This document shows positions 12,357 to 21,265 of a stretch of 64,000 nucleotides of DNA, in pieces. The first letter of the stretch is position 1. Every line of letters begins with the position of its first letter. Location: assembly GCA_963706595.1 (NCBI GenBank), contig OY970166.1:3776001-3840000 (forward strand). The letters run 5' to 3'. Source of the stretch: an uncultured cyanobacterium. GTDB lineage: Bacteria > Cyanobacteriota > Cyanobacteriia > Cyanobacteriales > Nostocaceae. The translations under genes were made by a program, and so were the position numbers. The notes below the pieces were generated by a model. It saw only the letters and a program-made list of their open reading frames with translations. It did no database searches and was not told the origin of the DNA.

Positions 12357-12612
12357 TTTTTTCCATCCCCTATACCGGGATAATTAACATCTCTGAGCAT
12401 AATTACGGTAATGTTTTAATAGATGGTTAACGATTCGTTAAGAATTCGGCAACTATCGAGCGACATATCCCTAGTGACCAAATAATTACTAATTCGTAGT
12501 TTGTCATTCGTAATTAATTCCAGATCAGAATGTCGCACAACTCACTCAATTTATTGATGGGTAAAAATTACGGTTTATTCTGACTTGACACCCAAACCAG
12601 GAGCAATAGCTA

Positions 12613-14133
12613 ATGATTCCCATCCATTCCGTCACTACGGCTACGCCACTCAAGCTATCGGATGAATACCCCAATCAGGAGACCAACCCAATTAATAGTC
12701 ATGAACATCGCTCAGACAAGCCTGAAGAAGCTTGTGGTGTTTTTGGCATCTACGCACCAGAAGCAGATGTTGCAAAAATGACCTACTTTGGATTGTATGC
12801 CCTCCAACATCGGGGTCAAGAATCAGCTGGAATTGCGACGTTTGAGGATGCAAAAGTACATCTGCATAAAGACATGGGTTTGGTGTCTCAAGTCTTTAAT
12901 GAATCGGTTTTGGAGCATTTGCCGGGAAATATCGCTGTTGGCCACACTCGTTATTCCACCACTGGTTCCAGCCGCAGAGATAATGCCCAACCTGCTGTGG
13001 TGGAAACTCGACTTGGTTCATTAGCTCTAGCACACAATGGTAATTTAGTCAATACTCTCCAATTACGCGAAGAGTTAGTGGAGACCAAAGTTAGTTTAGT
13101 CACCACTACAGACTCAGAAATGATTGCGTTTGCGATCGCGGAAGCTGTCAACGCTGGTGCAGATTGGCTAGAAGGTTCTATTCAAGCGTTTCATCGTTGC
13201 GAAGGCGCTTTTAGTTTAGTGATTGGTACTCCCGCAGGCGTGATGGGTGTCCGCGATCCTAATGGTATCCGCCCCTTAGTCATTGGGACTTTACCCGGTA
13301 ATCCAATTCGTTACGTCTTGGCTTCAGAAACTTGTGGTTTAGATATCATTGGAGCCGAATACTTACGAGATGTAGAACCAGGAGAGTTAGTTTGGATTAC
13401 TGAAGCAGGTTTAGCTTCCTACCATTGGATTCAAAAGCCTGAGCGCAAGTTGTGTATTTTTGAGATGATTTACTTTGCTCGTCCTGATAGCATCATGCAC
13501 AATGAAAGTTTATACACCTATCGCATGAGATTAGGGCGACGCATAGCCGCAGAATCGGCTGTAGATGCTGATATTGTCTTTGGTGTTCCTGATTCGGGAA
13601 TCCCGGCGGCCATTGGCTTTTCTCAAGCTTCTGGTATACCTTACGCAGAAGGATTGATTAAAAATCGCTATGTAGGGCGAACTTTTATTCAGCCGACACA
13701 ATCCATGCGCGAAACTGGGATTCGGATGAAACTCAACCCCCTCAAAGATGTGCTGCTGGGTAAACGCGTGATTATTGTGGATGATTCCATTGTTCGGGGT
13801 ACAACGAGCCGAAAGCTGGTTAAAGCCTTGCGTGAAGCTGGTGCGACAGAAGTACACATGAGAATTTCTTCTCCTCCAGTTACACACCCCTGCTTTTACG
13901 GTATCGATACAGATAGTCAAGATCATCTAATAGCTGCTACCAAGTCAGTTGCAGAAATTGCCGAGCAGTTGGAAGTAGATAGTCTTGCTTATCTCAGTTG
14001 GGAAGGAATGCTACAAGAAACGCAGGAAGATACTAATAGTTTCTGTTCAGCTTGCTTTACTGGGGATTATCCTGTAGCTATTCCTGAACAAGTGAAGCGT
14101 TCTAAGCTGATTTTGGAAAAGGTTGTGGTTTAG
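12613..14133 (+). CDS. purF: Amidophosphoribosyltransferase
   Basis: EEACGVFG, LQHRGQE, GHTRYSTTG, VDDSIVRGTT. Confidence 0.98.
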   Translation: MIPIHSVTTATPLKLSDEYPNQETNPINSHEHRSDKPEEACGVFGIYAPEADVAKMTYFGLYALQHRGQESAGIATFEDAKVHLHKDMGLVSQVFNESVLEHLPGNIAVGHTRYSTTGSSRRDNAQPAVVETRLGSLALAHNGNLVNTLQLREELVETKVSLVTTTDSEMIAFAIAEAVNAGADWLEGSIQAFHRCEGAFSLVIGTPAGVMGVRDPNGIRPLVIGTLPGNPIRYVLASETCGLDIIGAEYLRDVEPGELVWITEAGLASYHWIQKPERKLCIFEMIYFARPDSIMHNESLYTYRMRLGRRIAAESAVDADIVFGVPDSGIPAAIGFSQASGIPYAEGLIKNRYVGRTFIQPTQSMRETGIRMKLNPLKDVLLGKRVIIVDDSIVRGTTSRKLVKALREAGATEVHMRISSPPVTHPCFYGIDTDSQDHLIAATKSVAEIAEQLEVDSLAYLSWEGMLQETQEDTNSFCSACFTGDYPVAIPEQVKRSKLILEKVVV

Positions 14134-14396
14134 TAATTAGAAAAATTTTAATTCAGGGGCGGGCAAGATGTCCACCCCTGATAAATAGCAGTCAAGATGT
14201 CTAGCCTTTGAATTTGGGATTTTAGCTTGACCAAATAATTACCAATCACAGCACGTCTCATCTGAACCAAAACCAAAAGGGTGGGAATCTTGACCCACCC
14301 CAGAAAAATCAAAATATTAAGATGTGTACTTCATGTACTTGCAAAGGTTGTAAATAGAACTGTTATAGTAATTTAATCCTATTTCATCCAGCAATT

Positions 14397-15383
14397 ATGG
14401 TAGTTAATAAATTTTTTAAAGATATCATTGTTAAACTACTTACTGGAATTTCAGAACCTGACTATGCTAGGCTGGCTAGTCAATTAACTTTAGCAGATGC
14501 GATCGCTAAAATTGACTCGCTTTTTGGTTGCGATCTTGTATTACAAGAATTCAATTCAGATTTCACCATACCTTACTATACCCAGAGTGAGCGGGGTTAT
14601 CAAATCTATCACTCTGGGGATGCTATGCACATGGCATTGAATCCTGATGGTGTATTTCATCCAGATGGTTACTATGGTCAACCGCGAGTAGTTGCCGAAC
14701 AAATGCGTCAAATTGATGCCAAAAATGTTTTAGAATTAGGATGTGGCAAAGGATTTAATAGTCGTTTTTTAGCGGAACAGTATCCAGAAGTAAACTTCAC
14801 TGGAATTGATTTAACTCCATCGCATATTAAAATAGCAGGTCGCAAAGCAAATAAATTCTCTAACCTATGTTTTGAAGAAGGTAACTTTAATAAATTAAAC
14901 TTTTCAGACCAATCTTTTGATATTGTTTTTGGTTTTGAGTGTTTATGTCATGCTTCTCAAGCGGAAATTCCACTGGCAGAAATTTTTCGTGTGCTGCGTC
15001 CTGGTGGACAATTAATTGTATTCGACGGCTATCGTCAAATCGAGCTTGAAAAACTCCCTGAGTTACTTCAAACCGCAGCTCAACTTGTAGAAGTATCAAT
15101 GGCAGTTCGTCATGGATTTTCAGAGATTGATGATTGGCAGAAAATCGCACAATCAATTGGTTTTCGATTTCAAACTATTGAAGATATTTCCTTTGCAGTT
15201 AAGCCTAGTTTATCAAGATTACAAAAATTGTCTTTGCAAGTTTTTTCCTTACCTTGGAAGCTAAAAATACTTACTTATCTGTTGCCTAAATATTTAGTGA
15301 GAAATTCAATTGCTGGTCTTTTAATGCCTTTGACTGAAGACGCTCTGGGATATTACAAAATGATTTTAGAGCGTCCCTTATAA
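14397..15383 (+). CDS. Class I SAM-dependent methyltransferase, substrate unknown
   Basis: VLELGCGKG motif I, GIDL, SFDIVFGFE, LRPGG. Confidence 0.88.
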   Translation: MVVNKFFKDIIVKLLTGISEPDYARLASQLTLADAIAKIDSLFGCDLVLQEFNSDFTIPYYTQSERGYQIYHSGDAMHMALNPDGVFHPDGYYGQPRVVAEQMRQIDAKNVLELGCGKGFNSRFLAEQYPEVNFTGIDLTPSHIKIAGRKANKFSNLCFEEGNFNKLNFSDQSFDIVFGFECLCHASQAEIPLAEIFRVLRPGGQLIVFDGYRQIELEKLPELLQTAAQLVEVSMAVRHGFSEIDDWQKIAQSIGFRFQTIEDISFAVKPSLSRLQKLSLQVFSLPWKLKILTYLLPKYLVRNSIAGLLMPLTEDALGYYKMILERPL

Positions 15384-15390
15384 GCATAAA

Positions 15391-15560
15391 AACAATGTCA
15401 ACTATGCTGCTTGACATCCTCCCCACCCTACTTCGTAGAGGGTGGGGATTCCAAGAATCACTCCTTGGGTTTCCTCTTTCCACGACCCGACTTACTTGAA
15501 GGAGTTTCCCCACCCAAGCAGAGGTCGATGTCTCCAGAGGCGTTAGTTCCGACGTGACCC
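15391..15560 (-). ncRNA. Predicted TnpB omegaRNA/reRNA (scaffold over the tnpB 3' end and right end, guide from the flank); 5' boundary approximate
   Basis: Inferred from known TnpB biology. The right-end hairpin and TCAA terminus are followed by GCAGCATAGTTGACATTGTT. Confidence 0.6.
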
Positions 15561-16858
15561 GCCGTACTTAATGCTTTTTCTAATATGTTCCGCGCCGCGT
15601 TCCAGTCACGATCTTGGGTATGCCCACAGTGAGGACATATATGAGTTCTGGTACTAAGAGTCTTCTTGACAACCTCGCCACAGTTAGAGCAATTCTGCGA
15701 AGTGTAATGAGGTGGAACTGCAACTGTTACCACACCAAACACTTTGCCAAAATACTCAACCCATTCACGAAACAGCGACCACGAAACGTCACTAATAGAC
15801 TTAGCCAAGCGATGATTCTTGACCATATTCCGCACCATCAAATCTTCATACGCCACGAGGTCGTTAGACCTCACCACGCACCTTGCTGTCTTAACAGCAA
15901 AGTCTTTACGCTGGCGACTTACTTTGAGGTGTTTACGAGCAAGTTTATTTCTAAACTTAACTCTGTTTTTAGAACCTTTTTTGGTCTTAGAGAAACGACG
16001 TTGCAACCGTTTCAAAGACTTCTCGCTTTTACGCAGGTGTCTAGGATTAGCGATTGTTTCCCCGTTACTATCGGTGTAGAAGTGGTTCAGTCCAACATCA
16101 ATACCAATAGTTTTACCCGTTGGTTCTCGCCTTTCTACTCGTTCATGGTCAATGCAAAATTGGGCATAGTACCCATCGGCACGCCGCACAACCCGCACTC
16201 TTTTGAACTGTTTAAGTTGGTAGAAATGCAGGTCACGGGTTCCCCAAAGTTTGAAGGTTCCTGCTTTAAATCCGTCACTAAAGGTGATGTACCTGCGGTC
16301 ATCAGAAAGTTTCCATCCACAGGTTTTGTACTCAACAGAACCGTGGGTAAGTTCTTTCTTAAACTTTGGAAATCCTTTTTTCCCTGGTCTACCTTTTTTA
16401 CAGTTGTCAAAAAATCGAGCGATTGCAGACCACGCTCTTTCAGCACTAGCTTGTCTTGCCATTGAATTGAGCTTGGATACCCAAGGAAACTCAATATTAT
16501 TTGCAAGTACAGCGCAAAATTTATTTAGGTCATAGCGTCCAATGCCCTTATTATCCATCCAGTATCTCAGGCAACTATTACGAACAAAACGCGCAGTTCT
16601 AATTGCTTCATCAAGCAATCGATACTGCTCGTCAAGTCCTTCAAGTTTTGCCTCAAATACAATCATTTATGTCTAGTATTGGTACATAAATAATATATCA
16701 TGATTGTCAAAAACTCAACTACCTTCTTCCCTAATTTCGCTTACGCTCAATTTTGGTCAGAAGGTGTTTCGTTTTTGACCGCTTTACATCCCCTGCCTAC
16801 GTTCGCGTAGCGTCTCCCCTTGGGAGAAGCGTTGAGGCAGGGGTATTACAGCGATTTG
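15411..16858 (-). mobile_element. Non-autonomous IS200/IS605-family element (tnpB only)
   Basis: Subterminal hairpins at both ends (CCCCACCCT..AGGGTGGGG; CCCCTGCCT..AGGCAGGGG). The right end terminates in TCAA and the left end follows TTTAT. No tnpA ORF. Confidence 0.88.
15458..16666 (-). CDS. tnpB: RNA-guided endonuclease TnpB
   Basis: RuvC-I IGIDVG, RuvC-II YEDL, zinc ribbon CSNC..CPHC and RuvC-III DRDWNAARN are all intact. Confidence 0.95.
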   Translation of the reverse strand: MIVFEAKLEGLDEQYRLLDEAIRTARFVRNSCLRYWMDNKGIGRYDLNKFCAVLANNIEFPWVSKLNSMARQASAERAWSAIARFFDNCKKGRPGKKGFPKFKKELTHGSVEYKTCGWKLSDDRRYITFSDGFKAGTFKLWGTRDLHFYQLKQFKRVRVVRRADGYYAQFCIDHERVERREPTGKTIGIDVGLNHFYTDSNGETIANPRHLRKSEKSLKRLQRRFSKTKKGSKNRVKFRNKLARKHLKVSRQRKDFAVKTARCVVRSNDLVAYEDLMVRNMVKNHRLAKSISDVSWSLFREWVEYFGKVFGVVTVAVPPHYTSQNCSNCGEVVKKTLSTRTHICPHCGHTQDRDWNAARNILEKALSTAGHVGTNASGDIDLCLGGETPSSKSGRGKRKPKE

Positions 16859-17133
16859 ATAAACTCTACTTTGGGCAATAAAGGATCTGTAACAACTCCT
16901 ACACCACTAAAACCCCAACGTTTGAGCAAGTTTCCCAACTGTGTACCGGGAATTGATTCTACAGCGAAGCGGTTGGCTAATTCACCTGCATGAGTGTTGA
17001 GATAACTTAAAGCATCAAAGTTTTCCCGAAACAGCAATAAATAACCGGAAGTTTCAGGATTAGGATGGGCTAGGAGATAACGACCGTCAGCTTGCGATCG
17101 CACTATATAATAAATTTCAGAAAACATACTCAA
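16846..17133 (-). CDS. Conserved cyanobacterial hypothetical protein; last codons and stop supplied by the IS
   Basis: 95-aa ORF abutting the upstream permease; overlaps the IS left end. Confidence 0.75.
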   Translation of the reverse strand: MSMFSEIYYIVRSQADGRYLLAHPNPETSGYLLLFRENFDALSYLNTHAGELANRFAVESIPGTQLGNLLKRWGFSGVGVVTDPLLPKVEFIKSL

Positions 17134-18174
17134 TTAAGAATCCAAACGAATTCGGGGGTCGGCGACCTTCAACAGCAAGTCTGCTAATAAATTACCGATA
17201 TTTAGCAACACGGCACTCATTACGAGGCTAGCCATGACTAAATACTGGTCTTTTGCCATTACCGCCTGCAAAGTCAATCTGCCTAAACCAGGCCAATTAA
17301 AAAATTGTTCAGCGATGAATGCACCACCAAATAAACCCGCCAATTCAAAGCCTAACAAAGTAATTAATGGATTTATAGCATTGCGGAGCGCGTGAAGGTA
17401 AATCACCCGATTTTCTGGTAGTCCCTTAGCACGAGCCGTTTGGATATAATCTTGACGCAGAACATCCAACAATTCACCGCGAGTAATTCTTTGCAAACCA
17501 GCAAAGCTAGTGATGCTTAAGGCAATCGTGGGTAAAATCATGTGCCAGCCGACATCAATAATTTTACCAAACCAAGAGAAATCAGCATGATTGATGCTTG
17601 TCATCCCACCCACCGGGAATAAAGGTGAGGTGATTTGAGCAAATATGAGCAGAAATAAGGCAGTGATGAAACTGGGAAATCCTTGTCCGGTGTAGCTAAT
17701 CACCTGTAAAATCCGGTCAGTGGCTTGATTTTGTTTCACAGCCGCGAGAATTCCCAAGGGAATGGCGATCGCCCAGGTGCAAAATAAAGAGGCGATCGCT
17801 AAAAGCAAAGTTGCTGGTATCCGTTCCCACAACAGAGAAGCTACTGAACGTTGGTAAACAAAACTCGTGCCGAAATCTCCGTGTCTCAAAATTCGCCATA
17901 ACCATAGCCCAAATTGTTCTGGCCAAGATTTAGTCAGACCAAACTGTTCCCTTAATTCCTCAATTCGTTCTGGCGAAATTGTCGGATTTTGCCGCAGGGT
18001 ATCTACATAATCCCCTGGAGATAGTTTCATGATAAAAAACGACAGCGCCGTTGCCAATAACAAAGTGAACAGTGCTTGGAATATCCGTTTCACCACATAA
18101 AAAAACGTTTCGTTCGTGACTAGCCCGATCAGCCAATCTCGACCTGTCTCCAAGGAAATTTTCGTAGAAGTCAT
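17134..18174 (-). CDS. Peptide/nickel ABC transporter permease (DppB/OppB family)
   Basis: GDFGTS...RIPATLLL, DYIQTARAKGL EAA loop, HALRNA, FFNWPGLG. Confidence 0.92.
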   Translation of the reverse strand: MTSTKISLETGRDWLIGLVTNETFFYVVKRIFQALFTLLLATALSFFIMKLSPGDYVDTLRQNPTISPERIEELREQFGLTKSWPEQFGLWLWRILRHGDFGTSFVYQRSVASLLWERIPATLLLAIASLFCTWAIAIPLGILAAVKQNQATDRILQVISYTGQGFPSFITALFLLIFAQITSPLFPVGGMTSINHADFSWFGKIIDVGWHMILPTIALSITSFAGLQRITRGELLDVLRQDYIQTARAKGLPENRVIYLHALRNAINPLITLLGFELAGLFGGAFIAEQFFNWPGLGRLTLQAVMAKDQYLVMASLVMSAVLLNIGNLLADLLLKVADPRIRLDS

Positions 18175-18428
18175 AGCAGTTTAGTCATTAGTCATTAGTC
18201 ATTGGTCATTAGTCATTAGTCATTTGATCAATATAATCAGCTAAAACACATCTACTTTGCTCCCATCAGATTCAGTAAATATCTTGTGGGATGGGCATAC
18301 TATGGCTAACGCCACGCTACGCTGTAAGCGCAGCTATGCCGTAGGCTTTACGACAAGCTTAGTACAAGTCTTGCCCGTCTTCATGATAAAAGTTAAATGA
18401 GGAACAGCCGAAAATAAAGCCCGCCTGA

Positions 18429-18947
18429 CTAGTATTCAATTAAGGAAATAATCGGCACATCTGGTAAACGTTTACGTCCTTGTAAATCCTGTAGCTCGAT
18501 AATAAACCCAAACCCTACAAGTTCGCAGCCAATGTTCTGCACCAACTTTGCCGTTGCATTGGCTGTACCACCTGTAGCAATCAAATCATCCACGATTAAA
18601 ACCCGGCTATTTGGATGTAAAGCGTCTTGATGCATTTCCAAACAGTCTGTACCATACTCTAATTCATATTCAATTGAATGCACTGCTGCTGGTAATTTTC
18701 CCCGTTTCCGAACAGGAATAAAACCTGCGCCTAATTTGTAAGCTAAGGGAGGTCCAAAAATGAACCCACGGGATTCCATACCCACAACATAATCCGGCTG
18801 GAATCCAGATTCGATGCATTTTTCGGTGAAAAAGTCAATAGTGTAGCGTAATCCCTCTGGATCGCGCAGTAAAGTAGTTATATCCCGAAATAAAATGCCG
18901 GGTTTGGGAAAATCTGGGATGTCGCGAATGAGAGACTTTAAATCCAT
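18429..18947 (-). CDS. apt: Adenine phosphoribosyltransferase
   Basis: [35 protein letters not shown]. Confidence 0.97.
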   Translation of the reverse strand: MDLKSLIRDIPDFPKPGILFRDITTLLRDPEGLRYTIDFFTEKCIESGFQPDYVVGMESRGFIFGPPLAYKLGAGFIPVRKRGKLPAAVHSIEYELEYGTDCLEMHQDALHPNSRVLIVDDLIATGGTANATAKLVQNIGCELVGFGFIIELQDLQGRKRLPDVPIISLIEY

Positions 18948-19351
18948 AAATATGAGGGAATAGGAGTAAGGAGTAGGCTTGCCGTGAGCGTAGCCGAATG
19001 GGAGTAGGGCAAAAAAACTACGAAATCCCCAGTCCTGAGTAACTGAGAAATCCTACACTATAATGTCATACGCTGGGGATTAAGGCTCAAATTTAACAAT
19101 CCATTGACGATACCTAAAATCTACACCAATCTAAAGATAAGCTTGTATTTACAACCCACAGAAGGTAAACAGATGCTGTGAAAATTTAAATTTAAGTATA
19201 CGTAACCATTTGAGTAGAACAAGTAATTAATGTATATATTAGGTAGTATTACTACTGCCACCAGTCTCATTTTCTTGTTTAATTACTTATCTTAAATTAG
19301 TTTTACTAGTTTTATTTAGTCTGTTTAGAACTGCACAAGGTATTTTATAGA

Positions 19352-19978
19352 ATGAATGTCTCAGCCAGCTTAAAGCCATTGAATAGTCCAATCCCCCCAT
19401 CCTTGCCGATGATTCTGGATAGTTTACCAGACCCTGCGATCGCCGCACAGGGTTGTCCCGCTAGAACCCGGCTGCAAGTTGATCTAATTTTACTGGCGAT
19501 TGAAGCTTTAGAGCTTGGCGGTTCTGAAGCTATTCTGGCTTTTGCGGACGAGTTGGAACTCAAAGGAATTATTAAAAACCGGGTAAACTTATGGCGAATG
19601 CGTAGCTCTAACCCCATGCGAAGAGCGCATATCCGCCGTCCCTTAACTATCATGGAGGCAAAAGCCTTAGTCGTAATTGCTAGCTACATAGCCCGGCGTT
19701 TAACCGTTGTCATCCGCCAGATGTTGATGACCTATCAGCAAATGAGTGATAAGCAGATCCCTTTAGCTCAAAATTTGCGCCTATCTAATTATCTAGAGCG
19801 ATTTCGAGTCCATTTCAAAAGTCGGATGAATTCCCGACGTTCTAGTGTAATCGCCTTAAGTTCGGATGAAAAATTAGATGAGCTAGCAATGAATTTGTTG
19901 GGACAATTACTATTTTGTACCGGCACATCTGGAATGCAGCGCTTTTGGATTAGTCTTTTTGACGGTGAAGTAGAATGA
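19352..19978 (+). CDS. DUF3038-like cyanobacterial protein
   Basis: DLILLAIEAL...LWRMRSSNP...LLFCTGTSGMQRFWISLFDGE; ATGA overlap with the next gene. Confidence 0.8.
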   Translation: MNVSASLKPLNSPIPPSLPMILDSLPDPAIAAQGCPARTRLQVDLILLAIEALELGGSEAILAFADELELKGIIKNRVNLWRMRSSNPMRRAHIRRPLTIMEAKALVVIASYIARRLTVVIRQMLMTYQQMSDKQIPLAQNLRLSNYLERFRVHFKSRMNSRRSSVIALSSDEKLDELAMNLLGQLLFCTGTSGMQRFWISLFDGEVE

Positions 19979-21075
19979 ATATTCAACGTAAATACAGTTT
20001 ACCTAATTGTACGCTGCTATTAGAGGGTTTAAGTGATGCTGCCAAAGCTGCACACTACCAAGAAATGCGGCCAGAATTATCAATATTGGTCAATGCTGAA
20101 TGCCATGTATCTGGCTATAATCAGCCTCTAGAGGGCGGGCGGGAATTTTTTGAAAGCTTGGTGAGGGCTGTGAGTGGCTATGCTCAAGAATTTTTGAGTA
20201 ATGTGTCAAACCCACAAGCGCATAATCAAAACTCAGAATTAGTGGAGTTACAAAAAATAGCCACTAACCGACACAGGTTAATTATGCATCCTGAAATAGC
20301 TCCAGATGGTTTTGAGTCTAACCCCAACTCTCATAAATCATTGATTCAAATGGAATTGAACACGGTGCAGTTATTTGATCTAGTGGAAGCTGTGGATCAA
20401 TTTTTTGCTGACACCCAAACCTTACCAGAGTTGTCACTAGAATTACAGCCCGTTGCTAGACGTTACGGAGGTACTAGTCAAGCCTTACTCAAACAGGCAG
20501 TACCAGCAGGTATAGGAGTTTCAACTGTAGCAGTGGCCGCGATCGCTTTTAGCTTAATTCCACCCCCAGAAGTCCGCCCACCAGAGCCAAAGGTAGAAGA
20601 AGAGACTAGCTCGACAGCACCTAGTAGCAATTCTGCTGCACCAAAGACGATAACACCCCCAGAGGTAGAGAATTCCGCACCAACGCCTGTAGATTTGGTC
20701 ACTCCCGCCGCCGAGACAGGACCCAGAATTACAGATTTAGAGGCACTTTTAAATACAGTTACAGAAATTACTGATCGGGAGCAACTACGTGTTCTAAACA
20801 CCCTAGTTTATGAAAAAATTAATCCAGTTTGGAGTAATCGCTCAGGATTAACCCAAGATTTAGTCTATCGTGTGGGTGTAACCGCCGATGGTGCGATCGT
20901 TGGTTACAGAGCAGTGAATGAAGGCGCAAATAAAGAAATAGAATTAACTCCTCTGCCCAAACTGCTTTACAATCCTGCTAATCGTTCTCCCATCGCCAAT
21001 GAACCGATAGGTCAATTTAAAGTAGTTTTTACTGGAAACGGTGTCTTGCAAGTTAGCCCTTGGTGGGGATATTAG
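19975..21075 (+). CDS. DUF4335-like membrane-anchored protein
   Basis: YSLPNCTLLLEG N-terminus, QLFDLVEAVDQF, one TM segment, Pro-rich linker, FKVVF..GVLQVSPW end. Confidence 0.8.
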   Translation: MNIQRKYSLPNCTLLLEGLSDAAKAAHYQEMRPELSILVNAECHVSGYNQPLEGGREFFESLVRAVSGYAQEFLSNVSNPQAHNQNSELVELQKIATNRHRLIMHPEIAPDGFESNPNSHKSLIQMELNTVQLFDLVEAVDQFFADTQTLPELSLELQPVARRYGGTSQALLKQAVPAGIGVSTVAVAAIAFSLIPPPEVRPPEPKVEEETSSTAPSSNSAAPKTITPPEVENSAPTPVDLVTPAAETGPRITDLEALLNTVTEITDREQLRVLNTLVYEKINPVWSNRSGLTQDLVYRVGVTADGAIVGYRAVNEGANKEIELTPLPKLLYNPANRSPIANEPIGQFKVVFTGNGVLQVSPWWGY

Positions 21076-21265
21076 TAATTGGAGACTAGGAGAACAGGCA
21101 GGGGAGAAGAGGAACGGGGGCAGGGGGCAGGGTGCAGGGGAGAAGAGGAATGATTGCTAAGTAACCGGAAGTTTAAAGTAATTTCTTACTCCCCCTTGCT
21201 CCCTGCACCCCTGCCTCTTAACTCCCCCTTGCACCCTGCACCCTGCACCCCTACCTCTTCTTCCC

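Noticed and set aside
14326..14340. LexA-box-like GTAC..TGTAC upstream of the methyltransferase
   Set aside because: The spacing is one base too long for RGTAC-N3-DGTWC, and it lies within a dispersed repeat.
15614..16465. 283-aa + strand ORF
   Set aside because: Antisense shadow of tnpB with no recognisable motifs.
16667..16790. tnpA of the IS605 element
   Set aside because: The region is too short and has no HUH/Y1 motif ORF.
19243..19255. NtcA-like palindrome GTAGTATTACTAC
   Set aside because: It is GTA-N7-TAC, not the required N8.
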